DNA from: Paraspadella gotoi
Taxonomy: Eukaryota > Animalia > Chaetognatha
Assembly: GCA_051294375.1 (NCBI GenBank)
Contig: CM119269.1
Coordinates: 2,956,026 to 3,020,025, forward strand
Length of the DNA stretch: 64,000 nt
Direction: 5' to 3'
Positions within the stretch are counted from its first letter, which is position 1. Each line of letters begins with the position of its first letter. Below the pieces are notes generated by a model. That model did not search any database, was not told the DNA's origin, and worked only from the letters and a program-made list of their open reading frames with translations. Positions 52,101 to 64,000 of the stretch are shown one piece after another. The position numbers and the translations under genes were made by a program.

Positions 52101-55100
52101 GTTTTTGCCAGCCAGGTCAGACATTAACTTTGAAAATTTTAGCAATTAAAATCAATTCGCCATTTACGTGAAATTTTTCACTGATAATTCACCGGAAATC
52201 CATATTCTTGTAATATCTCTTTGATTTAAATAATGATATTAAAAATAAAATAGATAACGTTTCAATGAATAATCGACCACCATCTTCCCACCATTCCCTA
52301 CCACTTCCCACCTTCTTCCACCTTCCCCTACCACTTCCCACTCCTTCCCTCCTTCTCCTACCCCTTCCCACCTTCCCCCTTTCTTCATCAGGACCGGCAT
52401 CCCCTACAACTACGCCAGCCTCGTCTCCAGCGAATCCGGCGTCCTTCGATGGTGGAACGTCTTCGGCCTTTTCGCCGCCGCCGCCAAACCGGAAGTGGGG
52501 CGGTTCCGCGCCGCCGGCGGGGGAGGAGGAGGAGGAGAGGAAGAGGAGGCGGCGGTGCTGGCGATGGCGACCGACGACGCCGACAACGCCGTTTTGGTGA
52601 CCGGCGACACGAACGGCGTCGTCGTTCGATGGGATATCGCGCGATACGCGAGACCGGCGTCGGTGAGAAAAGGGGGAGGGTGAGGCGAGTGTGAAGATAA
52701 GTGTGAAACGATGTTAAAAATGGTCTCATTATAACAAAAATTAAGGTGTGAAAGTGGACTTAGTTTGAGATAACTGTAACATATAGTTTCTTACTCTTAG
52801 TATATTACCAAATGAGATCGAGTTCATAAATTTTCATTTTCATACCGGAATGCAATTTTGAAAAATCCATAGGTTTTATGTTCTGTTTAAATACGTGGCC
52901 TTATTTTTTGTTTTAAAGTGTTTATTTTTATTGTTTAGTAGTCTAAAATATTCATACATAATTTACATCTAATAACATATAAATCATAACCCCGACCCCG
53001 CCTCTATATTTAACCACAAATTAACCGGCGACTGCAAAGCTTTTCGATCGCTGACGTTTCCTATTTCCTTCCTCGTTTTGTTCTCTTCGTTGCTAACAAT
53101 TTTGTGTTTTCCTCTTAAACTCATTACAGTTCGACAATTATACAATTATACAATTATACTACTTTTGTGTCTCAAGTACCTTTGTATCTTTTGCCGTCAT
53201 AAATAATTTCGGTAAATGATGGGAAATTTTCAAATATTATAAATATGTTGTTACTATTTTTCAGACGACACAAACTTCCGTCAACAAATGGAAATCGGTG
53301 ACGATCGAAAAGACGGCGAAGGAAGAGACGCCGGCGCTGACGACGACGACGACGACGACGACGACAACCATGACGAATTCAGAGACCCCTCCGACGCTCT
53401 CCAGGTGGCGCGCCCATGACGGCGCCATCATCTCCGTGGCGCTGCTCCGCTACGGCGCCGTCCAGCTGCTCATCAGCTGCGGAGTCGACGGCTGCGCCAA
53501 ATTGTGGAACGCCGGTGACGGAAGCCTCGTCGGCGTCTTCGGACAGAAGAACAAGTGGATCGTGGATGACAGGACGACGTGGAAGACGAACGTGACGAAG
53601 GAGGAGGAAGAGGAGGAGGAGGAGGAAGAGGAAGAAGGCGAGGAAAAAGGTGAGAATAAAGAGAGACGAGCAGAAGGAGGAAGAAAAAAAAATGAAATGA
53701 TTGAATAATGATTAATGATTAATGATTATATCAAAGTCATGACAATGCAGATATGCAGATATCACATTTTGTCGAAGAAATGAGTAAAATTATATGGCAG
53801 AGAGACCAACGGAAATAAAGAAGGAAGAAAAAAAGAAAAAAAAAGAGAATAAAGCGGCAAATGAAGTTCAAAGAGGAGGAAGAGGAAGAGGAAAAGAAAA
53901 TAGAGACCGGCCTTCGCTATGATTAAGCTTCATCGAGTTTTGCGAAAAACGGATTTACTCAAAAACTTAATTTGCATAAAGGGGCTAAAGAAACGATAAA
54001 CCGCATGCTGTAGAAAGTGCACCATAAACCAAGATATTGGCGTGAAGATTTTTTTTTGTTTTCGTGATGCCGACTATTAAATCGTAGAGCTTCGTTTTAT
54101 TTCTTTCTGCTTATGCTTATGCTTAGGGTGTGAGAGCAGTATAAATTTTTAAAGATTTGTAATTTATCACGGTTGAAATCTAATGCGCTTAATGGAAGGC
54201 GCAACTTTTGAAGAGTAATGGCCTTAATTTCGTGCCATTTCGTGATTTTATGCGATTGCTTCCTCCTGATTTATTTAGAAGATTTTCTTATTCTCGAAAA
54301 ACCCATATTTTTTTATTAGTTTTCCTTATTTACTAAATTTTTTTCCCGCCGAAGTGAAAAAAGAGGCGGAAGACGACGACGGCGACGAATTAGATTTACG
54401 AACGGCGTGGAAGAAAAAAGCGACGCCGACGACGACGACGACAACGACGACCAAACTCGATATCACAAAGGTTGACCCGGAACTGGCCGTCAGAGTGGCC
54501 ACAAGGTGCTTTAACTTTAGAGTTTTCTCATCTGGTCTTTGCTCATATATGACCTATGACCTTTGCTAATCTAACTATGGGGATATCATGATCTTTTTCT
54601 AAATGTAAAAAGCTCTCAGCCAACATCTCCCCCACAACCCCGACCCGGCGGCCCGTGATCCGTTTGCAGGTGGGAGAGTCGAAGACGGAGCGCCCTCCAG
54701 AATCTTTGCGAACAAACAAAAGGCAACAATTCTTGCTTAGGATCCCGAATAGGTCAGTAAGTCGTTGTTCGTGGGCCGCTCAGTTCGCCAAAATGTTTGG
54801 CTTTCGATACTTTGATTTTCTTAGTTGAGAAGCCAAAAAAAAAAAACCCAAAAGAAAAAAATTATGTCAACGGGAGGAATGACTGATATACCGGGGAGAC
54901 GGGGTATCTCACCAACTGGCGTAGGGACTGCGGACTCTCAGCGACCGCCTCCTGTCACTGGCAGATCCGTCACATTTAAGCCAGAAGCGGGGTAACCCAG
55001 GGATAGAACCCGGGACGCATAGTTGAAATAAAATGATTTAGCCTGCTCAGACATTGAGAGGAGGATGAAGACAGACAGCAGTGAGGCAGCTTTAAGTCAT

Positions 55101-57458
55101 ACTGCCACAACATTACTATTTACTTGATAAGTTTTTGTCGATAACAATTTTGAACAAATTAGACATGGCGAAGCAGAACAATTTATCCTCTTTGGAAAAT
55201 CACCGACATGAAAGACATATTTGACAAATTAAACGTTATAATAAAATCTTTAATATATAATATAATATATAATATAATATAATAAAATATATTTAAGCTC
55301 TCTTCTTTTTCTTTTTAAATTTATACGATAAAAACTCGGCCACAGCCGTTTTTCCCGCTATCGGAATGGGCCTCCGATCCCTCAACGACTTCAAACGCCA
55401 TAAGGATCGAATAAAAACGTGATTTTTTTCCTTATCTTTTCCCCTAAAATTCCCGAGGCGAGAGCATGACGCGAAAGCAGAACAACCGGAAGGAACGAAG
55501 GAACAACTACGGGGAAATCGACGTTCAAAAGACGGCGAGATTCGGAAACAACTGCTCCCCCTTTCAGGCGAGAGAATTCGTCATTTCTATAATCTACAAT
55601 GTAGATTCTACAATCTACATAGTACATACATACTATCTAGGAAAAAAGTTAGAAACATTTTTAATTGAGGATATCTACTCGAAAACTTGCTCGATTTTTA
55701 AAAAATCAGGATGTTTCAGATTCTACACTAAATTTCCTTTCAGTTGCTTCCTTCCATTTTTTCGTAGATCCAACCGTATAGAAGTTAGAGGCAAAATAAG
55801 ATTGCTACCTCAAGTGAAAAATGGCGGAAAAAATCGCCTTTAGTTTTCCACAATTCTTGGTATTGAGTTATTTGTTTCTATTTCAAGCAGTGGCATGTCA
55901 ATCATCATATCAACTTATTCTCTGGTTGGCCGGGGAACTCCCCCGATCTCAATCCAATTGAATCGCTTTGGTCGCAGATGAAAAAGATGCAAAGTCGAGA
56001 ACGCGCAACATCAACATCGGGGCTGAAAAGAATTGCGCTAAAGGTGTGGAAAAACATTTCACCTTCGTACCTCAATTCACTTTACGAGAGCATGCCCAGA
56101 CGAATGCAGGCAGTGGTCGATGCCGAGGGAGGGCATACCAAATATTGAGAATGTTTTACCCATGTTTTGTATATTTTTTATTGAATAATGAACTTTTAAA
56201 AAAAAATGTTTCTAACTTTTTTCCTAGATAGTAGTTTGCCATCGGTCATTGTTATTAGTCAACACTAAACAGTTATTCAAGATCAGTCAAGTCGTTTTAT
56301 CGCAACATATCTTATTATTTTATTTTTAGCCGTATTTAAAAATAAATGATCACTCTTTCTGCTTCCCTTCGCAGGCCTTGATCATGAGAGATCTTCAAAA
56401 CGTTTCCTTACCTCAACAATTTTCGCGACCAAAAAGTTCCGCAAGTGAGTTTTTTCTTAATCAAAGAAAGATTCGATTTCTTCCTTACCGACCCTAACTT
56501 CCTTTCATCGACATGAAGAAGTATTTTGTATCTCTGTCCGACACTACGCGACCTTTTCTGTGTCTGACACTTCTAATGGCAACCGATGGCAATGAGATTG
56601 CAATAGGAACCGTTTCGATTTCAGACAGACGCAATTTCCGTTCCCAAAGCCAAAATTCCCTTCACCATTCGCCGCCCTACGGTCCAGCGGTTTTAAATCT
56701 ATCAAGTAACACGAAAACCATATGAGCTGACTCACCCATGACCTCACCCACGAAAACACCACAAACCATTCATTCTTTATTCTCCTCCTAAGCCTTGCAG
56801 TTATTTTTATTCCATCCAAGATTCTTCGCCCGACCAAGTTTGCTTATTCAATCATTTATACCGAAAATTTTTGTCCTCAACATTTTGGTTTTTTTTTTGT
56901 CCTCATCTTCTTCTTTCGCTCAATCGTCTCTCCAATTTAATGTATTTTCTTTGTCTTGTGTCGATCGTAATGGATAGAATAACAAGTCATGGAATAATGA
57001 AAAGTGATACAAGCTGTGTGATAAACGCTTAAATATAACAATGGCCTTTTTAAGCCGAGCTGGGTAAATGTCAACACGGAGTCTGAACACGACGATGTGG
57101 CCACTCAGACCAATGACCCCAATGACCCCTATTTGAGTTCGATCGCCTATCACGCGTCTCCAACACTCCCCAACTCTTCCCGATCACACCCCTTTCCATC
57201 GTTCTCTCCATAGACACGCCTCTTTTGTTGACGCCCAAAATCAATTTGGTTTTTCATTTGCCGTTTCTCCCTCCTCCTTCAGGCGGAGCCAACGCGGCCG
57301 GGCGAAGGGCGACCGCAGCCAATCAGGGTGAAAGTTCGGAGTCGCGGGCCAATCAGGGAACGAGCTCCGAGAGTCGAACCAATCTGGGATCGAGATCGGA
57401 AGCTGGGGGAGCCAACTCGAGCGCCGATTGGTTAAAAATCGGAGTGGAAAACGATTGA
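45473..57458 (+). CDS. EF-hand + WD40 protein of the WDR49/EFCAB8/WDY (cilia-associated) family, over 20 exons
   Basis: First exon 45473-45567 (METPK..., phase 2) joins 46586. EF-hand-like LFQK/IDSSCDGVVNWDEFCTF; RMWVTDCVFMANCHKLAVAT; LATGSADHLVRLWNPY...LRGHATGV; LVTAAADSSVSVWD; WRAHDGAIISV; GEIDVQKTARFGNNCSPFQAL; last exon 57283-57458. Exons around 54350-55460 are not fully resolved. Confidence 0.85.
49135..49154. other. Assembly gap (20 N) inside a (GAAA)n tract
   Basis: Run of N. Confidence 1.
50338..50684. mobile_element. MITE with TA flanks and two nested inverted-repeat pairs
   Basis: Outer IR GGGTATGTCAAAATCTAAAAGTTGTTC (50338-50364) / GAACAACTTTTAGATTTTGACACACCC (50658-50684), TA on both sides. 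Inner IR GGTTTGCACGAATCGCCATTCAAATT (50376-50401) / AATTTGAATGGCGATTCGTGTAAACC (50585-50610). Confidence 0.8.
54890..55060 (-). mobile_element. SINE-like repeat family C, copy 2
   Basis: Minus-strand B-box-like GGGTTCTATCCC at ~55000-55011; body similar to 37106-37317. Confidence 0.5.
55633..56231 (+). mobile_element. Internally deleted Tc1-family DNA transposon (599 bp)
   Basis: Perfect 30-bp TIRs CTATCTAGGAAAAAAGTTAGAAACATTTTT (55633-55662; 56202-56231) with a TA target duplication. 55927-56148 encodes the transposase C-terminus WPGNSPDLNPIESLWSQMK...ESMPRRMQAVVDAEGGHTKY*. Confidence 0.95.
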
Positions 57459-58029
57459 AAAAACATTTTTGACGATGTCACAAAACAAAAATGTTACTTT
57501 TGGAGTAAAATGTTTCAAAAAAGTGAGCTACTCTTTTGTTCGGTTTTTCCTTAACGCTTTTATTATTTAACGGGTATTCAGTAAAGTATTCATGAATCAC
57601 AGTATCCACTTATCCAACTATCCAGTTATTCAGTTCAATTCAGTATTCAGTTATAAGTTAACCATATTCACAATTTTATAATAGTGTTATGAGATTCGTT
57701 ACTTTGAATACCAAGGCTTTATATCTATGACAGGAAAAAACTAGTGATCACTTTTGCTTGTAAACAAGTTAGTCAGAAAAAATTAAAAACTTACCCCTCA
57801 TGTGCGTCGCTCGGTATTTCTGATTGGAGATGCTCGATTCGACGCGTCGCCCTCTGGGGGTGGCGTCCGTGTTGTCGGGGTGTTGGCGGCGTCTCGGCGA
57901 TCCAGAGAGATTATCCTTTAACTTCCAATGACCTTCTCTGCTGCCGCCCGGGCTCCACCCATCGTTTCTGTGTCGTGGGGTCCATCTGTGATTTTCGTTG
58001 TGAGATTGTGACGTCCAACGGCCGTTCAT
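57071..58029 (-). CDS. Putative two-exon orphan protein, about 127 aa, Trp/His/Arg-rich, antisense to the WD40 gene end
   Basis: Exon 58029-57795 (MNGRWTSQ...HMR) ends at a consensus G|GTAAGT donor. Exon 57219-57071 continues in frame to GHWGHWSEWPHRRVQTPC*. The acceptor is weak (AAG/GAG tandem). Confidence 0.4.
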
Positions 58030-58369
58030 ATTTTGGCGTCAGCCTAGTTAGTGGTGAGTGTAAAATCATAAGAAAGCAGTGAAATGGAAATTTTGAAAAA
58101 TAATTTTCTGTTATATATACGTAAATAGCCGAATTTTGAGAGTAGAAAGTTAATATTTTTTACCTTACTAATTAGCAATAGATGCGTCGTCGGAAATCGC
58201 GTGACTAGGAAGATGCGGTGAAGCTTGTGTTAGTGATGGGTAATTGCTATTCCGCGAATACGACAATAATTGATTCGCGTTAGAAGATAGAAAAAGATAG
58301 GAAAAAATGTTTTGATGCTCAAGTTTTAGCTAAGAAACTTGGTTTTTTCTATCTCTCAGATCACGTCAT

Positions 58370-58416
<47 letters not shown>

Positions 58417-59763
58417 TCTCTCTCTCAAAAGTTTGACTATGACTCATTTCGTTTAATCTATCTAGATTCTATCTTGTAATTGTCGATATATTTCTTTATG
58501 AGTCGAATTCAGAAAGCAAACGTTGCTTTTCGATTTGATGTATTTGAAGATAAATCTTTGAATATTTAAAAGATAAATCTTTTCGCCAAATGTCGACCAT
58601 AATTTAGAAAAAAGAGCATCGCGTTCGAAGCGTAAAAAATTCTCATTAAATACTCGAGCCGATTTTCAAAATATGCTCGTCATTCGCGCAGCAACGAAAA
58701 ACAAAGAAAAAAAAATAAAAGTTGAAATTCCAGAATGAAGGGATAATTTAATTTGTTTTAACAATTGTTGAGGAAGATATAAAATCACTTAATCAACGTT
58801 AATTAAAAAAAAAACTTTCTTTTTAAATAAGGTTCTTAGTTAAACAACAAGACCAAAAAGCAGAAAGGAAAAAAAAAGCCAATAAATTACATAGTATAAT
58901 GATTTATTTAAAAAAAAAAAGTAAAACCAAAATACAACACACGCACACGCAAGAAAAAAAAAAAGGGAAAAAAAAATAATGTAGGAGAAAATCAAAGTTT
59001 GGTACCACGACCTTGATTCGCTCTGGATGGAAACACGGTTTTCTTGTGTCTACCGGTAGACTCATTTGTTGGTTGGTTATATTTCGACTCATTCTGTTAT
59101 ATAAAGCGCTTTGTTAATCGTATGTGTTTTATTCTGTTTTGTTTCTTTCCTTTTGTATCATTTCTTTCTTCTTTTTTTTTTGACTCCAAAGTAGGCCGAC
59201 CGACTTTGATGCTTTCTTTTTAAAAAAAAAATTTCAGCGATGGTACGAGTTTTTTTTTTTTTCTTGGAAACATCAACAATAGTCAGAAATATCACTTTTT
59301 TTTGTTTTGGTTTCGAATGTAGAATAAATTATTCGTAATTGCGGAAATAATAATGAGAGAGATAAAACTGTAATTGTAAGCCCTGAACACACAAAAAACT
59401 AAAAGCGACCAAAAAAAAAAAAAAAAAAAATCAGAAGGTAGGAAAAAATATAAAATGATGATGAAAGTTCTGAGGAGCTGTGATCATATAGAACAAAGCG
59501 AGTAATTAACAATATTTATATCTATATTTATATATAGAATCATACATATCCTTAACACGCATTGAGCTAAAAAAAAACTCGAAAAAAAAAAATAAACTGC
59601 ACATATCAACATCGGGAAATAGGGAAGGGGAAATATTTAACGGAGGTGGGGGACTGGGGGGGGGCGAAGTAGGGGAGATACGGAGTAGAGCGGGTTCGAA
59701 GGAAAACTGAGGGTGGAGTGAGGGATTTCCGGTTGTCACTCGAGTGCCCCTTCATTTCCACGA

Positions 59764-59836
59764 TGACGTCATCGGAAAAAGAGAGAAGCTCTCGCGTGAC
59801 GTCAAAGGATTCGCGAGTAACCTCGACTGACGTTAT
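59764..59836. promoter_or_regulatory. Cluster of CRE motifs
   Basis: TGACGTCA at 59764-59771 and 59797-59804, plus TGACGTTA near 59828. Confidence 0.4.
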
Positions 59837-59887
59837 TCACTCGACGTCGATAACGGCAAAACTGAACCGGGAAGGGAGAACGCGAGA

Positions 59888-59932
<45 letters not shown>

Positions 59933-60243
59933 GAGAGAGAGACTGCACTGCTGGAAATGGCAATTTTTTTTTTTAATTATCTCTCTTTTTATTTAAAAAA
60001 AAAGGAAGAAAATATTTTTGTCTCTCGGAAAATGGAAAGAAGTTGAAAATTTTTATTTTTATTAATAGTTATTTTTGTAATTTTTAGCAAGGATCAATTT
60101 AACCGGCGACGAATCGAGAAAGAATCTTCAAGTGCAAAACTGATGGAATCGAAAGAGCGCCGTTGGTATTATTATTATCTCGGCGTCGAATCACAAGATG
60201 CAGACGTTGCCGCCGTTGTCGTTGACGCGGCGTCGTTGGGTCT

Positions 60244-61730
60244 TTAGGGGCCATCTTTGGCCTTTTGTCCACTGGCGATGGAGAAGAGGGCGCCGCTGAC
60301 TCCTTTGTCGCTCCCTTGAAGCGCCGCCAGCCGCGCCTGCGGTGTCATTAGAAAAAAAAAATAGAGTTGACAAAAGACCAAACGTTTATCTTGATCAACA
60401 TCTTGAACTTGTTTTTTTTTCTTTCGTTTTGTTTTATTTTTTCTATCATTCATATTGTTGTTATTATTACTTTGGGGAATTTCAAATATTGGACGAGACT
60501 TAATTTTTTAGTGTTTAATGGTATTAAGATCATCATTAAGATCAAATTTTCTCAATTTCTTTAATAAGTACGACGAGTGTTTATGTTTTAATCAGGCAAG
60601 ATGTCTAGGCAAATTAACGAAACATATGATAAGTTTGTTTATAAAAAATTATACGGTCAACTTCAGGTAAAATTATATTAACTCAGGTTAGATTAAACTA
60701 AAATAGGAAAAAAAGATTTTGAACATATATAAACATTTAACGATAACAATAAGTAAAGTAAGTAAAGATCCACAACCCTCGTTCGAAATAAAATGGTGAA
60801 AAAAGAAACGACAAAAGTCAAATACAAGGAAAGGTTAGGGACTCGTGGCACTTTTATTGTTACTATGTTTACCGCAAGAGGAAAAAAAACAAAAGGTTTT
60901 ATTTCTATTTTTAATCACATGCCTGCAGCTTGAATCTAGTCTTTTTCGCTCATTCTCGGCCCTCCTTCAAAGGTATCTTTCGCAACCTTCACAATTTACA
61001 AAAAAAAAAAAGGAAAAAAATACAAATTGAACTCGGAATTTGAAGCAATGAATTTTTTAAATTTTTTTATGTCTATGTTTCCTTTCACAATGACGATTAG
61101 ATGTATAAAGGAATTGACTTAGATTCAAGGCGATGTGTGAAATGCGCTGGCTACGCAAAGCTCATCAAAAAAAAAAAAGTTAAAAAAACTAAAAGACCAA
61201 GCAGTTCTATTCCTCCAGAACCCCTTCATTAAAAATCAAATTGCACGTACGAAAGCAATTTTTAAATCAAGCATATTAAGTCTCTAAGAGAGAGAGAGAG
61301 AGAGAGTTAAAGAAGGTTATAGAAAAGTCAAATTTAACCCGTTGAAGACTATATCTTTAAAACATTTTCTTGCTACTGAGACTCACCAAATACTCGCGGT
61401 CTTTTTTGGCCATGATCCTCCGTCGACTCGAAGCCTAAACAAAACAAAAAAAAAAACAAACAAACAAACAAACAAAAATCAAATTTTAATTTTAATTAAA
61501 TCTCATTTTAATTAAAATTGTTATGTTACGATCGACAATCCCGACTCTGTACTCACGAAGAGGTACATCCAGAGGATGAAGACCCCGTGGAAGGCGATGT
61601 AGAGCAGCACGGCGGCGACGAGGGCCACGTTGTCCCAGTACTTACGCGTCTCGGCCGGAAGCGCGGACACGAGGGCGTGCCAGGCGCAGACCAGGCAAAG
61701 CATTACCATCGAACCCAGCACGTACTTGTC
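60244..61730 (-). CDS. 3' exons (M3-M4 and tail) of a pentameric ligand-gated ion channel, probably the Cys-less/Pro-loop clade; 5' part lies outside the window
   Basis: Exons 61730-61557, 61434-61387, 60336-60244 give DKYVLGSMVMLCLVCAWHALV...WDNVALVAAVLLYIAFHGVFILWMYLF-ASSRRRIMAKKDREYL-...KDGP*. M3 starts with DKY and the M3-M4 loop is very short. Confidence 0.75.
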
Positions 61731-61869
61731 CTGGTGGGGGAGAAGTATATTTTTGGTTATTGATCGATAAATGCATGAGATTTATCATGGATTTATTTAA
61801 AGAGTGATTGATTAACTGTTTGACAAAATAACTTTCTTCTCCTAATCCCTGACTGGTAAATTTAGAATG

Positions 61870-61945
<76 letters not shown>

Positions 61946-62213
61946 TGTCTATCACCTTATATACTGTTATTATTATTGAAGTATCTAAGGTGATGTGATG
62001 TTTTCTATTTTGTTCAGCCGTCAATTCCAATTTGTTCTCAGCGTCATCGCGAATCAACCGTGCCGAGTGTTGAGCGAAAAAAAAAATCTTATTTGGATTT
62101 TGAAAAGCGCATCTCCTTATGTCGCACTCAATCCGCATTACAAGATTGAAACATGAAACACGTTTGAATGGAATATTCTGCGCATGTTTCGAAACGAGAG
62201 AGAGAGAGGAGAG

Positions 62214-62296
<83 letters not shown>

Positions 62297-62599
62297 AACA
62301 CCACCAACACGACGGCAGGCGAAGAGAAGATAAAAACACGAGAGACAATCTTATGCAGAACCCAAGCGGCGGATATAAAAAAACAAACAGGATTTCATTT
62401 TTTCCCTCTCTTGTTGATTCCGACCGGCGCCTTCACTACTCCTCGGCCCTCTTCCCACAACCAAGTTCTCCATATTTTAGCCATCCTTGCTTAAAAACTT
62501 GACATCTCCAAAGATTGCCGTCTAATTTTAGTAATCTCTTTAGCTTAAGTATCTGCATGTATTTGAACGGTTGACGCTACTGCATTTTCTAGCTAAATC

Positions 62600-63751
62600 A
62601 TGAGGCGAGATTCTTCGTCTTCAGTTGGACTGACTGGCGGTTTAAACAGTGACGGTGGCGTTGGCGGCGTCAGCAACGATGGCGCTGCCGCCAGGAGTCC
62701 AAGGTTCAATCCCTACGAATCTGAACTTCCGTCGAGCGGACGGCATTTCAGAATTCGATCTGGAGAGACTCTTCGGTCATCGGCCAACAACAGGTTGGTT
62801 TTATGTAGTTATTCTTGTGTGGGAGTTGGTTTAGTTATTAGTTATTAGTTTAATAGTAACATCGGGTGTAGTTATTGGTTGGTTCTCGTTCTGGTTGCCC
62901 TTTCTTTATTTCTCCTTAATAGTAACTAACTCACAAGCTAATTGAGACGTTTGCTCAGAAAAAAACGGGAATTGCGAGAGAAAACCTCAAATGGCATAAC
63001 ACGATTCGATTTCAGTGTGTTGTTCCACACAAGTTAATATGCAACAACTTGAGTCACTATTCACTTTCGCCCAAACTGGGTGATTTCATTTTTGTCGTAT
63101 TTTGTCATATGGTTTTCATTCCCGCCTCCGAAGCGTCAGTCACGAAATTGGTGATGGCGTGAGTTTAGGTTTTCGTGTCCCCTTTTTTTTTCTTCCTCAT
63201 TGATTTTAGGGAAAAAATTACTTTAGGATTTTTTTTTTTTTTTTTTTTTAACCCGAATTGCGTCGGTAATTTTTTTTTTCAGCGCCAAGAATCCTTTTCG
63301 CAGTCGACTCGCTATCCTCGACTTCACTGATGTGTCACGCTTTCTGAGCTTTAAACATTAGTTTTTTAAAAAAGTATTACCATCGAAATTTCTCGCTTTC
63401 AATGCATTTAATGGAGTTGTTTTTTTTTTGTTTTTTTGCATTGTGCGATTAATAAATGTTTGTTTAATATTAAAAAAAGCGTTCGTTTTCAGCGTGGACC
63501 TTTCTCGTCGCCGAGAATCTTCAATCAACGAACGTCAATCTCCGACGGACATTTTAGACGGCGTAAGTCTCATCGACTCCGACTTTACCGACGTTCGAAG
63601 CGAAAAGCTGCAGCAGCAGCAGCCGCAGCGAAGGCATCCGCTGCAGCAAAAGCTCAATATGTTTTCGGAGCAGCAGCTTTTCGGGGCCTTTCAGGTCAGC
63701 GCCGAAGCGTGAAGGCGGCGCGAAATATTGAAGATAAAATAAACAAATTCT

Positions 63752-63798
<47 letters not shown>

Positions 63799-64000
63799 GT
63801 CTATCTCTCTCTCTCTCTCTCTCTCTCCACACCCCAGAATGCAAATGCAGCGCCTCCAAACGGACGTGGTGGCTTTGGCGACGCAGCTGCGCGCGCGCGA
63901 CGGCGCCAACGCGGCGCTGTCGTCCAGCGTGGCTTCGCTCAAGTCGAAACGGCGGCGGCGCCGCCACGAATCGAACCGGCGGCGTGGAGGCGTTCGGGCG
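62600..64000 (+). CDS. Unknown gene, 5' part, nested antisense within the channel gene intron
   Basis: Exons 62600-62793 (phase 2), 63493-63694 (phase 0) and 63838 to window end join in one open frame: MRRDSSSSVG...SVDLSRRRESS...QLFGAFQ-NANAAPPNG... Confidence 0.55.

Overview
Eukaryotic (metazoan invertebrate) nuclear DNA. It is gene-dense, with short AT-rich GT-AG introns, CpG-rich exons, many microsatellites and three small N gaps. Gene models were spliced by hand, and product calls rest on recalled family motifs, not database searches. In order: a divergent 7-exon actin (+); a CSPP1-like gene (-); an intronless Lebercilin/LCA5 gene (-) with an RFX X-box upstream; a transgelin/myophilin (+); MYCBPAP (-) with an optional 206-aa Lys/Gly/Pro-rich block and several candidate first exons; a tetraspanin with a ~230-aa mucin-like insert in its large extracellular loop (+); two tandem AADAC/NCEH1-type GDXG esterases (+); a small basic orphan (-); an EF-hand + WD40 gene of the WDR49/EFCAB8/WDY type (+) interleaved with an antisense orphan; and the 3' end of a probable Cys-less pentameric ligand-gated channel (-) with an opposite-strand gene nested in its intron. 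Introns hold a Tc1 deletion derivative with perfect 30-bp TIRs, a MITE, tRNA-derived SINEs and a DINE-1/HINE-like family. Best leads: a possible RFX-driven LCA5-CSPP1 ciliary operon resolved by splicing, the mucin-tetraspanin, the modular MYCBPAP N-terminus, and a mosaic actin.
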